Shown here: in pieces, positions 48,433-58,012 of the stretch | Layout: each line of letters starts with the position of its first letter | Numbering within the stretch: position 1 is the first letter of the stretch | DNA from: Thermoplasmata archaeon | GTDB lineage: Archaea > Thermoplasmatota > E2 > JACPAO01 > JAHFTW01 | DNA: 64,000 nucleotides | Reading direction: 5' to 3' | Assembly: GCA_034667725.1 (NCBI GenBank) | Contig: JAXDQS010000003.1 | Span: forward strand, 128,001 to 192,000 | Translations under genes and position numbers: made by a program | Notes under the pieces: generated by a model | Seen by the model: only the letters and a program-made list of their open reading frames with translations | What the model was told of the DNA's origin: nothing | Databases searched by the model: none

Positions 48433-49268
48433 CGCGCCTCCTCCAAGTGCCGGTCGAACCAGGCCAAGGCCGCGTCGGCCAACAGCGGGCCGTCGAGGTC
48501 GCGGAAGCAGGAGTGGCCGCCGCGGTGCTGCAGCAGCTCCTTCGGGCCGCCGAGGTTGTCGTAGACCTCCCGGGTGTGGGCGGGCCGCACCGCGCGGTCA
48601 TGCGGGCTCGCGAACACCAGCACCGGGGCACGGACGTCGCGCGCCCACTCGGCGGCGGACATCGTCATCGCCGGCCGGTAGTTGGCCAGGCTGACGCGGC
48701 CCAGCAGGAAGCCGTCCGCCTTCGCCTTGCGGGCGGCGTCCTGGTCCACGAACAGCTGCGGATACGACAGCTTGTAAGGAATCGTGCCGGCCGGCTTGCC
48801 CTTGCGGACCCGGCGCTCCGCCCACTTGCCCACGACATGGTAGCCCCACTGCTCCCACGGCCGCAGCTCGTCGAACAGCCGCGACACGGGATGCGCGACC
48901 ACCCCGGCGCCGAACAGCCGCGTCCGCCCCATCGCCGCGATGGCGTAGGAGCCGCCCAGGCTGTGGCCGACGACGCCGAACGGGCCGGCGGTCCGGGCGG
49001 CCAGCGCGTCGGCGGCGGCGCGCAGGTCCTCCAGCGCCAGCTCGACGCTGGTGCGGCCCGGCTCGCCGCCGGAGCGGCCGTAGCCACGGAAGTCGAACGC
49101 CAGCACGTCGTAGCCGCCCTTGGCCAACGTCGCCGGCAGGGGCCCGAACTCGGCGAGGCTGGAGTTGAAGCCGTGCGCCAGCACGAGGCCGCCCTTGGAC
49201 GGGCCGACCGAGCGGTGCAGCTCGCCGTGCAGCTGCGTCCCGGCCACGTCGATGCGCAGCGGCTCCAT
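48429..49268 (-). CDS. Alpha/beta hydrolase
   Basis: HGF, FDFRGYGRS, GHSLGG, D, GGH triad. Confidence 0.9.
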   Translation of the reverse strand: MEPLRIDVAGTQLHGELHRSVGPSKGGLVLAHGFNSSLAEFGPLPATLAKGGYDVLAFDFRGYGRSGGEPGRTSVELALEDLRAAADALAARTAGPFGVVGHSLGGSYAIAAMGRTRLFGAGVVAHPVSRLFDELRPWEQWGYHVVGKWAERRVRKGKPAGTIPYKLSYPQLFVDQDAARKAKADGFLLGRVSLANYRPAMTMSAAEWARDVRAPVLVFASPHDRAVRPAHTREVYDNLGGPKELLQHRGGHSCFRDLDGPLLADAALAWFDRHLEEAR

Positions 49269-49298
49269 GAGCAACGCAGCAGCATCGGCTTTGAAACT

Positions 49299-49520
49299 TC
49301 ACCGCTGCTTCCGCGACAGCATAGGCGGCGCGTCGCGGAGCGCCGCGAGCGACTCGGAAGCGCTCAGGATTTGCTTCATGACATAGGCGGTCGTCGCTGC
49401 CGTTGCCACGATCGTCATCCCTGTCCCCGCCAGCCACCATCCCTGTGCAAAGGCATACCCGACCGAAACCCACCCAGAAATCGGAAGAAGGCTGGCAATT
49501 TCTGGTCGCACGGGAACCAC
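49299..49520 (-). CDS. Putative small membrane protein in low-GC islet
   Basis: 73 aa, hydrophobic N-half; starts 1 bp after the upstream stop. Confidence 0.45.
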   Translation of the reverse strand: MVPVRPEIASLLPISGWVSVGYAFAQGWWLAGTGMTIVATAATTAYVMKQILSASESLAALRDAPPMLSRKQR

Positions 49521-49521
49521 C

Positions 49522-50067
49522 TCACTTTTCGGCCTTGAGGTCGGCTAGAATCCGTTCAAGCACCGCGATTTGCTCCTTGCGGTCGCCTTCGACAAGGGCT
49601 CGGTTGAGGCGATGCTTGACGCTGTCTCCTCTTCTCCATTTTGGCAGGTCCTTGACCTCGATGCTCAACAGTGCCAAGCAGCCCAACAACCAAGCCCGTT
49701 CTTCTGATGACAGGGTCACGTCGTTGTTGTTTTTCCGCTGAATCGCGACCAAGCCTCCACCCGCCTGCATCAGATCGAGGGGCGCCCACTCCATGTCTTG
49801 ATGGTAAAGAACCGGCTTGGGCTCGCGGCGAGACGTTGTCAGCACCATCTCCTCTCCATGTTGGTTGAGAGCGTGGGTGGCAAACATGGTCCCGTCAACA
49901 ATGAGTCCCGGTGGCGCATGGTGCTCATCCGAGCTTCCTGAAACGTAGACCAGGTTCTTGGCTGGCACGACAACAACGTCCTGCCCGACCCAGGCCCGCG
50001 GCAGCGTGATGTGCGCTCCGTTGCCGAAGTTGGCCACCCGCTTTGTCGTGACCTCTATCCCAGGCAC
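49522..50067 (-). CDS. DUF2080/AbrB-like N-terminal domain fused to an unknown ~145-aa region
   Basis: KRVANFGNGAHITLPRAWVGQDVVVV; atypical codon usage; AT-rich upstream sequence. Confidence 0.65.
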   Translation of the reverse strand: MPGIEVTTKRVANFGNGAHITLPRAWVGQDVVVVPAKNLVYVSGSSDEHHAPPGLIVDGTMFATHALNQHGEEMVLTTSRREPKPVLYHQDMEWAPLDLMQAGGGLVAIQRKNNNDVTLSSEERAWLLGCLALLSIEVKDLPKWRRGDSVKHRLNRALVEGDRKEQIAVLERILADLKAEK

Positions 50068-50142
50068 AATTCGGATAAACGGTGGATATACATGGCCTTT
50101 GCTGGCCGAAGCCTTTTCCCGACGCCTCCAGTCGCGCGCCTC

Positions 50143-51861
50143 GTGCAGTCCCCCCTGGCCGCCTTCCGGGCCGAGGTCGAAGCCCTCCTGCGGGCGGCGG
50201 TGCCCGAGGGCACCAGCCTGCCCGCGCTGGAGGTGCCGCCCGACCCGGCGATGGGCGACCTGGGGATGCCGTGCTTCACGCTCGCCAAGGCGTTGCGGAA
50301 GGCGCCGCCGGCCATCGCGGCCGACCTCGCCGGGCGCATCGCGCCGTCCGGCTGGGTGGCGCGCGTGGCGGCGGCGGGGCCGTACGTCAACTTCGCCATC
50401 GACGGCGCCCGGCTGGCGTCGGCCGTGTTGTCGGACCCGCGCGCCGCGCTCGACCCCGTGCCGGCGCAGCGGCCGAACGTGCTGCTGGAGCACACCAGCG
50501 CGAACCCGAACGGGCCGCTGCACGTGGGCCGGGCGCGCAACCCGATCGTGGGCGACACGCTGGCCCGCCTGTACCGGGCGGCGGGGCACAAGGTCGAGGT
50601 GCAGTACTACATGGACAACCTCGGCCGCCAGGTCGCGACCCTGAGCTGGGGCAAGTGGAACCTGGACCCTGCGACCCTTCCTCCGGCGGGCCGCGACAAG
50701 GTCGACCACGACCTCGTCCGCTACTACCAGGCCGCGCACGACCTGGCGAAGCAGGACCCCGCCGTCGCGGCGAAGGTCAAGCATCTGGTGGAGGAGCTGG
50801 AGGCCGCCAAGCCGGAGCTGCTGGCGCGGGTGCGCTCGGTCTATGGCGCGTGCTTCGAGGGGATGCTCCAGTCGCTGCACCGGCTCGGCGCGCGCTACGA
50901 CTCCATCAAGGACGAGTCCGACGTGGTGCTCGACGGCTCGGTCGCGGACACCATCGCGCGCCTCAAGCAGTTGCCGATCGCGGGCGTCGACGACAACGGC
51001 GCCAACTACCTCGACCTCTCGACCCTCCTCAAGGGCCAGAAGGACAAGTTCTTCTTCACCCGCGGCGACGGCACCTCGGTCTACGCCACCCGCGACGTCG
51101 CCTACCACGCCTGGAAGGCCAAGCACGTCGCCGGCGGCGTGCTCTTGAACGTCCTCGGCGAGGACCACCGCCTCCAAGCCCTCCAGGTCGGCACCGCGCT
51201 CGACGCGCTCGGAATCCCCCGGCCCACCGTCGTGTTCTACGCCTTCGTGTCGCTGCCCGAGGGCAAGATGAGCACCCGCGCCAACCGCGTCGTGTTCCTC
51301 GACGACCTCTTGGACGAGGCCGCCGCCCGCGCCTACGAGGAGGTCAAGCTGCGCCGGGGCGCCGAGCTGGGCGAGCCGCAGCTGCGCCGCATCGCCGAGG
51401 CCGTCGGGGTCGCCGCCGTCCGGTTCAACATCGCGCGCATCCAGCCCGAGAAGCCCATCGAGTTCCGCTGGGAGGAGGCGCTGTCGTTCGACGGCGACGC
51501 CGCTCCCTACCTCATGTATGCCTACGCCCGCGCCGCCAGCCTCCTCCGGAAAGCCAAGGAGGCCGGTCTCGCCCCCGCGGGCGCCGCCCCGCCCGAGGCG
51601 GGCGAGCAGAAACTCCTCGCCACCGTCGCGCGCTTCCAGGAGGCCGTCCAGGAGGCAGCCCGCCAGAACGCCCCGCAACGGTTCGCCGCCTACGCCTCCA
51701 GCCTCGCCGCGGCGTTCAACGAATACTACCGGGACCACCGCGTCCTGGAGTGCGAGGACCGCGCCCAGCAAGCGCTGCGCCTGGCCGCCGTGGCGGCCGC
51801 GCACGCGGCGCTGGCGCGGACCCTGGACGCGCTCGGCATCCCGGCGCTCGAGGACATGTAA
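50143..51861 (+). CDS. argS: Arginine--tRNA ligase
   Basis: EHTSANPNGPLHVGRARN, KMSTR, YLMYAYAR. Confidence 0.97.
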   Translation: MQSPLAAFRAEVEALLRAAVPEGTSLPALEVPPDPAMGDLGMPCFTLAKALRKAPPAIAADLAGRIAPSGWVARVAAAGPYVNFAIDGARLASAVLSDPRAALDPVPAQRPNVLLEHTSANPNGPLHVGRARNPIVGDTLARLYRAAGHKVEVQYYMDNLGRQVATLSWGKWNLDPATLPPAGRDKVDHDLVRYYQAAHDLAKQDPAVAAKVKHLVEELEAAKPELLARVRSVYGACFEGMLQSLHRLGARYDSIKDESDVVLDGSVADTIARLKQLPIAGVDDNGANYLDLSTLLKGQKDKFFFTRGDGTSVYATRDVAYHAWKAKHVAGGVLLNVLGEDHRLQALQVGTALDALGIPRPTVVFYAFVSLPEGKMSTRANRVVFLDDLLDEAAARAYEEVKLRRGAELGEPQLRRIAEAVGVAAVRFNIARIQPEKPIEFRWEEALSFDGDAAPYLMYAYARAASLLRKAKEAGLAPAGAAPPEAGEQKLLATVARFQEAVQEAARQNAPQRFAAYASSLAAAFNEYYRDHRVLECEDRAQQALRLAAVAAAHAALARTLDALGIPALEDM

Positions 51862-51898
51862 CACAACGGTTATGCCGCTGCATCCGTCGGTTCCCCGC

Positions 51899-53401
51899 AT
51901 GAAGGCCTTCCTCGCCGCCGCGCTGCTCGTGGCCGCGCTGCTTGCCGGCTGCTCCGCCAACGACACGACGGAGACGACCGGCCCGCCCACCCAGACGACG
52001 GGGCCGTCGGACCAGCGCTACGACCTGCCCGCGGACCCGAACCCGGAAGGCGCCGGCCACGTCCACGGCGACCCGGCCCAGCACAAGTTCCTGTGGAACT
52101 ACAACTTCACCGCCCGCGACCCGCTCTTGCAGAACCAGGCCAACGTCGCCGGCGTCCACGCCCTCGACGTCCAGGCCGGCTACCTGTTCGGCGCGGTGTA
52201 CGGCTCGCACGCCGCCAGCGTCGACGGCGGCCTCGTCATCTGGGACCTGTCCGACCCGGCGCACCCGCAGCAGACCGGCCGCTGGATCATCCCGGGCAGC
52301 GTCGGCGGCGACCGCAGCATGGAGGCGACCCCGGACGGCCGCTTTGTCGTGATCGCGACCGAGCCGGTCGACTGCGCCGGCCACGTCAACCCGCTCGGCG
52401 TCGTGGGCGCCTACCTCCTGGACACCCAGGACAAGACCCTCCCCGTCGTGGCGGACGCCATGACCCTCAACGGCGTGACCCTCGGCAACGTCCTCGGCGG
52501 CCAAGGCCCCGGCCAACCCGAGCAGGGCCAGCACTCGGTCGCCGTCCACCGCATCGGCGGCGTCGACTACGCGCTCATCTTCGGCAAGGTCTACCAGATC
52601 GAGCTCAGCGAGCAGGGCGCCCACCTCGTGCACGTCTCGACCATCCCGACCGGCCACGACATCTACGTCCGCGACACGCCTTGGAACACCACTTGGGCGC
52701 TGTCGGCCAACGGCGGCGGCGGGCTCACCATCTGGGACCTGACCGACCCCACCGCCCCCTTCCAGCTTGCGACCTGGGACGTCCCCGACCGCGAGGCGCT
52801 GGCCAACAAGGGCGTCGAGTACTACATCCACACCGCGGACGTGAGCTTCCAGCCCGACGGCCAGGTGCTCATCGTCGTGACCTCCGAGGACTTCGCCGAG
52901 CACGTCAGCCCCTTCTGGGTCGTCGACGGCAACCCGCTGCGCGGCGTCACCACGGCCAGCAGCCCCATCGAGCTCGACAACACGCTCGGCTCGTGGAGCA
53001 ACCCCGGCGACCACAACGCGCTGGCCGGCCTCACCTTCAGCCTGCACAACCCGCGCTTCCACGACGGCGGCATCCTCACCCTGTCCAGCTACCACGGCGG
53101 CATGTGGCAGCTCGACCTGCGCCACCCCAGCTTCTGGGCGGACCCCGCGCCCATCGCCTACGCGGCCTATTCCGACGGCGAGCCGCCGCAGGTCTCGGAC
53201 CCCGTCGAGGGCGCCGTGCAGAAGAACCTGTGCGGCCTGGAGATCGCGGTCGACACCCCCAGCTACTGGGACGTCGAGGTCGGCCCCGGCGGCCACCTCT
53301 ACCTCGCCGACGGCATGATGGGCCTGTACACCTTCGCGCCGACCAAGGACCACCCGGTCTACGGCGCCCCGGGCGACTACCCCGGCACCGCAGGCCTCTG
53401 A
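51899..53401 (+). CDS. Lipoprotein with LVIVD-type beta-propeller
   Basis: Lipobox LLAGC|S; GGLVIWDLSDP, GGLTIWDLTDP, SLHN, YHGG. Confidence 0.8.
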   Translation: MKAFLAAALLVAALLAGCSANDTTETTGPPTQTTGPSDQRYDLPADPNPEGAGHVHGDPAQHKFLWNYNFTARDPLLQNQANVAGVHALDVQAGYLFGAVYGSHAASVDGGLVIWDLSDPAHPQQTGRWIIPGSVGGDRSMEATPDGRFVVIATEPVDCAGHVNPLGVVGAYLLDTQDKTLPVVADAMTLNGVTLGNVLGGQGPGQPEQGQHSVAVHRIGGVDYALIFGKVYQIELSEQGAHLVHVSTIPTGHDIYVRDTPWNTTWALSANGGGGLTIWDLTDPTAPFQLATWDVPDREALANKGVEYYIHTADVSFQPDGQVLIVVTSEDFAEHVSPFWVVDGNPLRGVTTASSPIELDNTLGSWSNPGDHNALAGLTFSLHNPRFHDGGILTLSSYHGGMWQLDLRHPSFWADPAPIAYAAYSDGEPPQVSDPVEGAVQKNLCGLEIAVDTPSYWDVEVGPGGHLYLADGMMGLYTFAPTKDHPVYGAPGDYPGTAGL

Positions 53402-53448
53402 CCCCGCCGACCGATGCCCTCAAGACCGGCCATCCGCCATCGGCCCGC

Positions 53449-53682
53449 ATGGTAGGCGTCGACTGGGTCGCCATGGCCATGGAGATGGTGCAGGCCACCA
53501 TCTGGTCCATGTTCGTCCTGCTGCTGGCCACAGGCATCCTGTGGGGCATCGACCGCGCGACCCACCAATGGTTCGACCTGCGCGTCATCGGCCGCGACCC
53601 GCAAGGCATCGCCATCCTGGCCGCCGGTGTCGTCATCGCGACCGTGCTGATCATCGGGTTCGTGCTGGTCGCGCTGAAGTAG
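53449..53682 (+). CDS. Small 2-TM membrane protein (DUF350-like)
   Basis: Two TMs with an ID...DL...IAILAAGVVIA pattern. Confidence 0.6.
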   Translation: MVGVDWVAMAMEMVQATIWSMFVLLLATGILWGIDRATHQWFDLRVIGRDPQGIAILAAGVVIATVLIIGFVLVALK

Positions 53683-53686
53683 CTGG

Positions 53687-54757
53687 CTAGAACAGCCGCG
53701 CCTGCCGGCCCTTGCCCGCCGCGGCCACGTACTTCTCCAGCGCCGTGTCGACGCGCTCGCGCTGGAACCCGAACTCGCCCACCAAGAGCTGCCGCACGGC
53801 GTCGGCGTCGGGCTTGCCCATCGCGAGCGCCGCCGCCTCGACCGGGGCGTGCGCCGGCTCGAGGAAGATGCGGCGCACTTCGTCGCGGTCGGCGAGCGCC
53901 TCGTGCTGCTCCACGATGGCGCGTTCGACCGCAGAGACGGCCGAGCCCGGGTTTGCCGTCAGCCGCTCCAGGAGGGCCTCCAGCGAGCCGTGCTTCTGCA
54001 ACAATGCCACCGCCTTCTTGGGGCCGATGCCTTGGACGCCCGGATGGAAGTCGGTGCCCACCAGCAGGGCGCAGTCGACGAGCTGCTCGCGCGTGAGGCC
54101 CAAGGCGGCCAGCGACGCCGCCAGCGGAATCTCCTCCGGCGGCACGTCGACCCAGACCTGCTTGCCGGGCATCTTGCGGCGGCCGCCGACCCCGAGGTTG
54201 CGCACCAGCACGGGCGTCCCGAACAAGAGCGCGTCGAAGTCTTGGCTGACGGTGGCGTCCGCGAGGCCCTGCTGCACCATCCAGGCGGCCTGCGCCTCGC
54301 CCTCGCCGGGCGCTTGCAGGACGGGGATGCCGAGCGCGCGCAGCAGCCGTTGCGCTTGCTCGACCATTGGCACCGTGAGACGGCTGGTCTGCTGCGCCTT
54401 GGTGCGCGCCGTGGCCAGGTCGCCGGCCTCGACGGCGGCGTCGTAGGCGGCCTGCGCCTCGACCTTGCGGGCCTGGCGGTGCGCCAGCGTGTCGGCCTTG
54501 AGCGCGTGCGGGGCGCCGTCGAACACGAAGACGGGGCGGACGCCGGCCTCGACCAGCGCGCCGGTGCGGTGCAGCACCCCCGTCAAGTGGCTGGTGACGC
54601 GGCCTTGCGGATCCGTGAGCGGCGTGCCGTCGGGGCCGCGGATCGAGGCGAGGAACTGGTAGAGGATGTTCCAGGCGTCGAGCGCGACCCGCTTGCCGGC
54701 GAAATGCTGCATGGTGACGGGGCGGCGCACCACGACGTCGCCCAGGTCGATGCCCAT
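53687..54757 (-). CDS. fen: Flap endonuclease 1
   Basis: DAWNILYQFLASIR..DG, FVFDG, EGEAQAA, SQDFDALLFG, GTDF, GIGPKKA; PIP-like QARLF. Confidence 0.97.
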   Translation of the reverse strand: MGIDLGDVVVRRPVTMQHFAGKRVALDAWNILYQFLASIRGPDGTPLTDPQGRVTSHLTGVLHRTGALVEAGVRPVFVFDGAPHALKADTLAHRQARKVEAQAAYDAAVEAGDLATARTKAQQTSRLTVPMVEQAQRLLRALGIPVLQAPGEGEAQAAWMVQQGLADATVSQDFDALLFGTPVLVRNLGVGGRRKMPGKQVWVDVPPEEIPLAASLAALGLTREQLVDCALLVGTDFHPGVQGIGPKKAVALLQKHGSLEALLERLTANPGSAVSAVERAIVEQHEALADRDEVRRIFLEPAHAPVEAAALAMGKPDADAVRQLLVGEFGFQRERVDTALEKYVAAAGKGRQARLF

Positions 54758-54815
54758 GCGCGGCGGCACGCCGATGGACCGGAAACCCCTTGTGGCGGGC
54801 GGCCCAGTCGTGGCC

Positions 54816-55859
54816 GTGCGCGTCCTTCCCGCCACGCTCGCGGTCCTGCTCTTGGCCGGATGCCTGGGCCCCTCCACCCAGTCCACCACGACGCCCGCGC
54901 CGCCGGCCAAGTTCGACGGCCAGGCCGCCTACAGCTTCGTCGAGGGCCTGGTGTCGGAGGCCGGCGGGCCGCGCTTCCGGGTGCCGGGCACGCCGGCGCA
55001 CGCGCGCGCCGCCGCCTGGCTGGAGGCCGCCATGCAGGTGCCAGGATGGACCGTGGCGTGGCAGAACTTCACGGGCGCGGAGTACCAGGCGATGCCCAAG
55101 GGCGGCGTCGCGGGCTACACCACCCAATGCGACATCGGCGAGCCGGAGCGCGTCAAAGGCCTGGAGTTCCACAACCTGGTGGCGCGCTGGGACGGCGGCG
55201 ACACCGGCCGCACGATGGCGCTGGGCGCGCACTGGGAGTCGAAGAAGGCGGCCAACCGCGACCTGGCGGCGGCCAACCAGACGCAGCCGGTGCTAGGCGC
55301 CAACGACGGCGCCTCCGGCGTCGGGATCCTGTTGCAGTTGATGCGGCACGTCGCGGCCCACGGCGGGCCTGCTGGCGTGGACCTCACGATCGTGCTGTTC
55401 GACGGCGAGGACGGCTTCGAGGACTGCCACCCGCTGGCCGGCTCGATTGCGTTCGTGCAGGCCCTGGAGCCCGGCGAGGTGGACCGGATGCTGCTCTTGG
55501 ACATGGTCGGCGACCCGGCGGCCCGGTTCATCCAGGAGACCCGGGGCTGCGACCCTGGCATGGCGGCGCTGTTCGCGCGCCACGCGCCGCGACTCGGGCT
55601 GGCGGACAATTTCTTGGAGCACAAGGCGCCGATCTACGACGACCACCTGCCGTTCGCCGAGGCCGGCATCCCCGCCCTGGACCTGCTGGACGCGGGCCGG
55701 CCCACCACCTTCCCGCCCTACTGGCACACCTCGCACGACACGCTCGCGAACATCAGCCCGGCCATGCTGGGCCGCGTCGGCGACCTGGTGGCCGCGTCCT
55801 TGCTGGACCCCGACTTCACCGCGCAGTGGCCAGCATCGTGCGCTCAAGCAGCGCCTTGA
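54816..55859 (+). CDS. M28-family metallopeptidase / glutaminyl-cyclase-like lipoprotein
   Basis: Lipobox LLAGC|L; GAHWES, GANDGASG, FDGED, LDMVG, DDHLPF, WHT..DT. Confidence 0.88.
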   Translation: MRVLPATLAVLLLAGCLGPSTQSTTTPAPPAKFDGQAAYSFVEGLVSEAGGPRFRVPGTPAHARAAAWLEAAMQVPGWTVAWQNFTGAEYQAMPKGGVAGYTTQCDIGEPERVKGLEFHNLVARWDGGDTGRTMALGAHWESKKAANRDLAAANQTQPVLGANDGASGVGILLQLMRHVAAHGGPAGVDLTIVLFDGEDGFEDCHPLAGSIAFVQALEPGEVDRMLLLDMVGDPAARFIQETRGCDPGMAALFARHAPRLGLADNFLEHKAPIYDDHLPFAEAGIPALDLLDAGRPTTFPPYWHTSHDTLANISPAMLGRVGDLVAASLLDPDFTAQWPASCAQAAP

Positions 55860-57201
55860 ACCGCGCCACCAACGCCTGCGCCTCGGCCTCGGTCTTGGCC
55901 TCGGCCTGGATGCGGAAGATCGGCTCGGTGCCGCTTGGCCGCACCAACGCCCAGCCCTCCTTGGTGTAGACCTTGACGCCGTCGCGCGCGTCCACCGACA
56001 CAACACCCGCCTCGCGGCCCACCGCCTCGCGCAACGCGGCGAGGGTGGCCTGCTTGGCGGCGTCGGGCACCTGGAGCTTGTCCTTGACGAGGGCGTAGCT
56101 CGGAATCTCGGCCACCAGCTTCGAGAACGGCTGGCCGGTCTTGGCCAGTAGCTCCAGCATGAACGCGAGCGCCATCAGGCCGTCGCGGCAGACCTGGTGG
56201 CGGGCGAACATGAGGCCGCCGTTGTCCTCGCCGCCGAAGACGGCGCCGACCCGCAGCATCTCGCGGGCCACGACGGGGGAGCCGACGATGGTCCACTCCA
56301 GCTTGCCGCCTGCCATCTTCACGGCGTCGGCGACGCAGGAGGAGCTGCTGACGGCGGTGCAGACGACGGCGCCGGGCTTGCCGTGGCGGCGCAGCTCATG
56401 GAGCGCGGCGAGGGCGAGCGACTTGTCGCCCCAGACGTAGCCGCCCGTCTCGTCGATGAAGACGGCGCGGTCGGCGTCGCCGTCCTGGAGGACGCCGAGG
56501 CTGGCCTTGCTGGCCTTGACGGCGGCGATGGCGCGGGTGGCGTTCTGCGGGCTGGGCTCGCTGGGCCGGTCGCGGAACGCGCCGTCCAAGGTGGTGCTCA
56601 AGGGCACGACCTCGACGCCGAGCGCATCCAACAGCTTGGGGGCGGTCACGCAGCCGGCGCCGCCGCCGGGGTCCAGCACGACCTTGAGCTTGGCGGCCCG
56701 GATCGCCTTGGCGTCCACCTGCTGGAGGACCGCCTGGAGGTAATGCGCGACGGCGCCGTCGTCGGTGGAATGCGTGCCGATGCCCTTCCAGTCGGGGCGG
56801 CGGAAGTCCTGCTTGGCATAATGGCCTTCGACCACCGCCTCCTCGGCCTGGCTGGTCTCGGTGCCGTCCGGGGCTACCAGCTTGATGCCGTTGTACTCGG
56901 GCGGGTTGTGGCTGGCGGTCACGATGGCGCCCGCCGCGAACCTGCGGTCGCGGACGTAGAGCTGGATGCCGGGGCTCGGCAGCACGCCGATGTCGACGGT
57001 GTGGACGCCGGTGGCGTTGACGCCGGCGCAGAACGCCGCCTTGAGGTGCGGGCCGGAGGCGCGGGCGTCAGAACCCACCGTCATGCGGTCGCCGGGCTTG
57101 AGCCAGGTGCCGACCGCGAGGCCGAGGCGGAGCGCCACGTCGGGCGTCATGGTCGAGCCCACGGTCCCGCGCACCCCGTTGGTGCCGAACAGCTTGGTCA
57201 T
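55816..57201 (-). CDS. Phosphohexomutase (phosphoglucosamine mutase / PMM-PGM)
   Basis: LFGTNGVRG, TASHNP, DGDADR, RPSGTEP. Confidence 0.93.
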   Translation of the reverse strand: MTKLFGTNGVRGTVGSTMTPDVALRLGLAVGTWLKPGDRMTVGSDARASGPHLKAAFCAGVNATGVHTVDIGVLPSPGIQLYVRDRRFAAGAIVTASHNPPEYNGIKLVAPDGTETSQAEEAVVEGHYAKQDFRRPDWKGIGTHSTDDGAVAHYLQAVLQQVDAKAIRAAKLKVVLDPGGGAGCVTAPKLLDALGVEVVPLSTTLDGAFRDRPSEPSPQNATRAIAAVKASKASLGVLQDGDADRAVFIDETGGYVWGDKSLALAALHELRRHGKPGAVVCTAVSSSSCVADAVKMAGGKLEWTIVGSPVVAREMLRVGAVFGGEDNGGLMFARHQVCRDGLMALAFMLELLAKTGQPFSKLVAEIPSYALVKDKLQVPDAAKQATLAALREAVGREAGVVSVDARDGVKVYTKEGWALVRPSGTEPIFRIQAEAKTEAEAQALVARFKALLERTMLATAR

Positions 57202-57279
57202 CGCCCCAGGAGGGTCCGGGAGGCCAAAAAGGGCGCTGGAACCGGAAACGATAGGTCCCTGGCCGCGCTGTCCGCCGGC

Positions 57280-57591
57280 GTGGCGGTCCCGAGCCGCATC
57301 TTCGTCGGCATCACCCTGTTCGGGCTGCTGTGCTGCGTGCTCCTGGTGCCCTACACCGTCCTGGTGGTGGCGTGCCACGCGCAGTACGCCGCCGACCTGC
57401 CCGGGATCCCGTGCGCCGAGATTCCGGTGGGCACGCGGCTGCTGCTGGTGCTGGCGAGCTTCTTCGCGGTCGCGTTCACGGTGCTGTCGTGGCGGGCCTT
57501 GCTGGCGGGGGCGCGGCGGGACCGGGCGCGGCGGCAGGCGCGGGCGCAGGGGAAGCCGGATCCGCTCAAGGAGCAGGACCCGCCGGGCTGA
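57280..57591 (+). CDS. Hypothetical 2-TM membrane protein
   Basis: Two TMs with a Cys pair in the loop; basic tail. Confidence 0.55.
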   Translation: MAVPSRIFVGITLFGLLCCVLLVPYTVLVVACHAQYAADLPGIPCAEIPVGTRLLLVLASFFAVAFTVLSWRALLAGARRDRARRQARAQGKPDPLKEQDPPG

Positions 57592-57606
57592 ACGGCGGCC
57601 AAAGGA

Positions 57607-57957
57607 CTACTTGGACGCCTGCCGGCGCTCCCACGCGGCCTCGTTGAGGCGCTGGTAGAGCTTCTCCGTCGGGTCCGGGGCGGCGCGCGCGGGGGACTCC
57701 TCGGCGACCTCCTCCTCGCGGACGCGCCACAGGTACTGGCGGCGGGCCTGGCCGTCCTGGCGCAGCTCGATGCGGCGGACCTCGAGGATCTTCTCGTCCT
57801 GCAGGTCGTAGAACACCTGGCGGAGGTCCTTGTCGAGCACCTCATCGTCCAGCTCGGAGCTGCCGGCGAACGCCTCCTCGACGACTTGGGACACGGCGAG
57901 GGCGTCCTCGCGCATCATCCGCATCTTCTCGGAGAGAAGCCGGAGCAAGGAGCCCAT
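57607..57957 (-). CDS. DUF6015-like winged-helix protein
   Basis: D..L....R.VFY.LQDE.IL...R......G....Y.W and C-terminal Y..L....W.R pattern; CTTATC box 26 bp upstream. Confidence 0.7.
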   Translation of the reverse strand: MGSLLRLLSEKMRMMREDALAVSQVVEEAFAGSSELDDEVLDKDLRQVFYDLQDEKILEVRRIELRQDGQARRQYLWRVREEEVAEESPARAAPDPTEKLYQRLNEAAWERRQASK

Positions 57958-58012
57958 GCCTGGTGGATTCCGACGGCCCGGGATAAGCCTAGTGCTGAGG
58001 TTCGGCGGCTCC

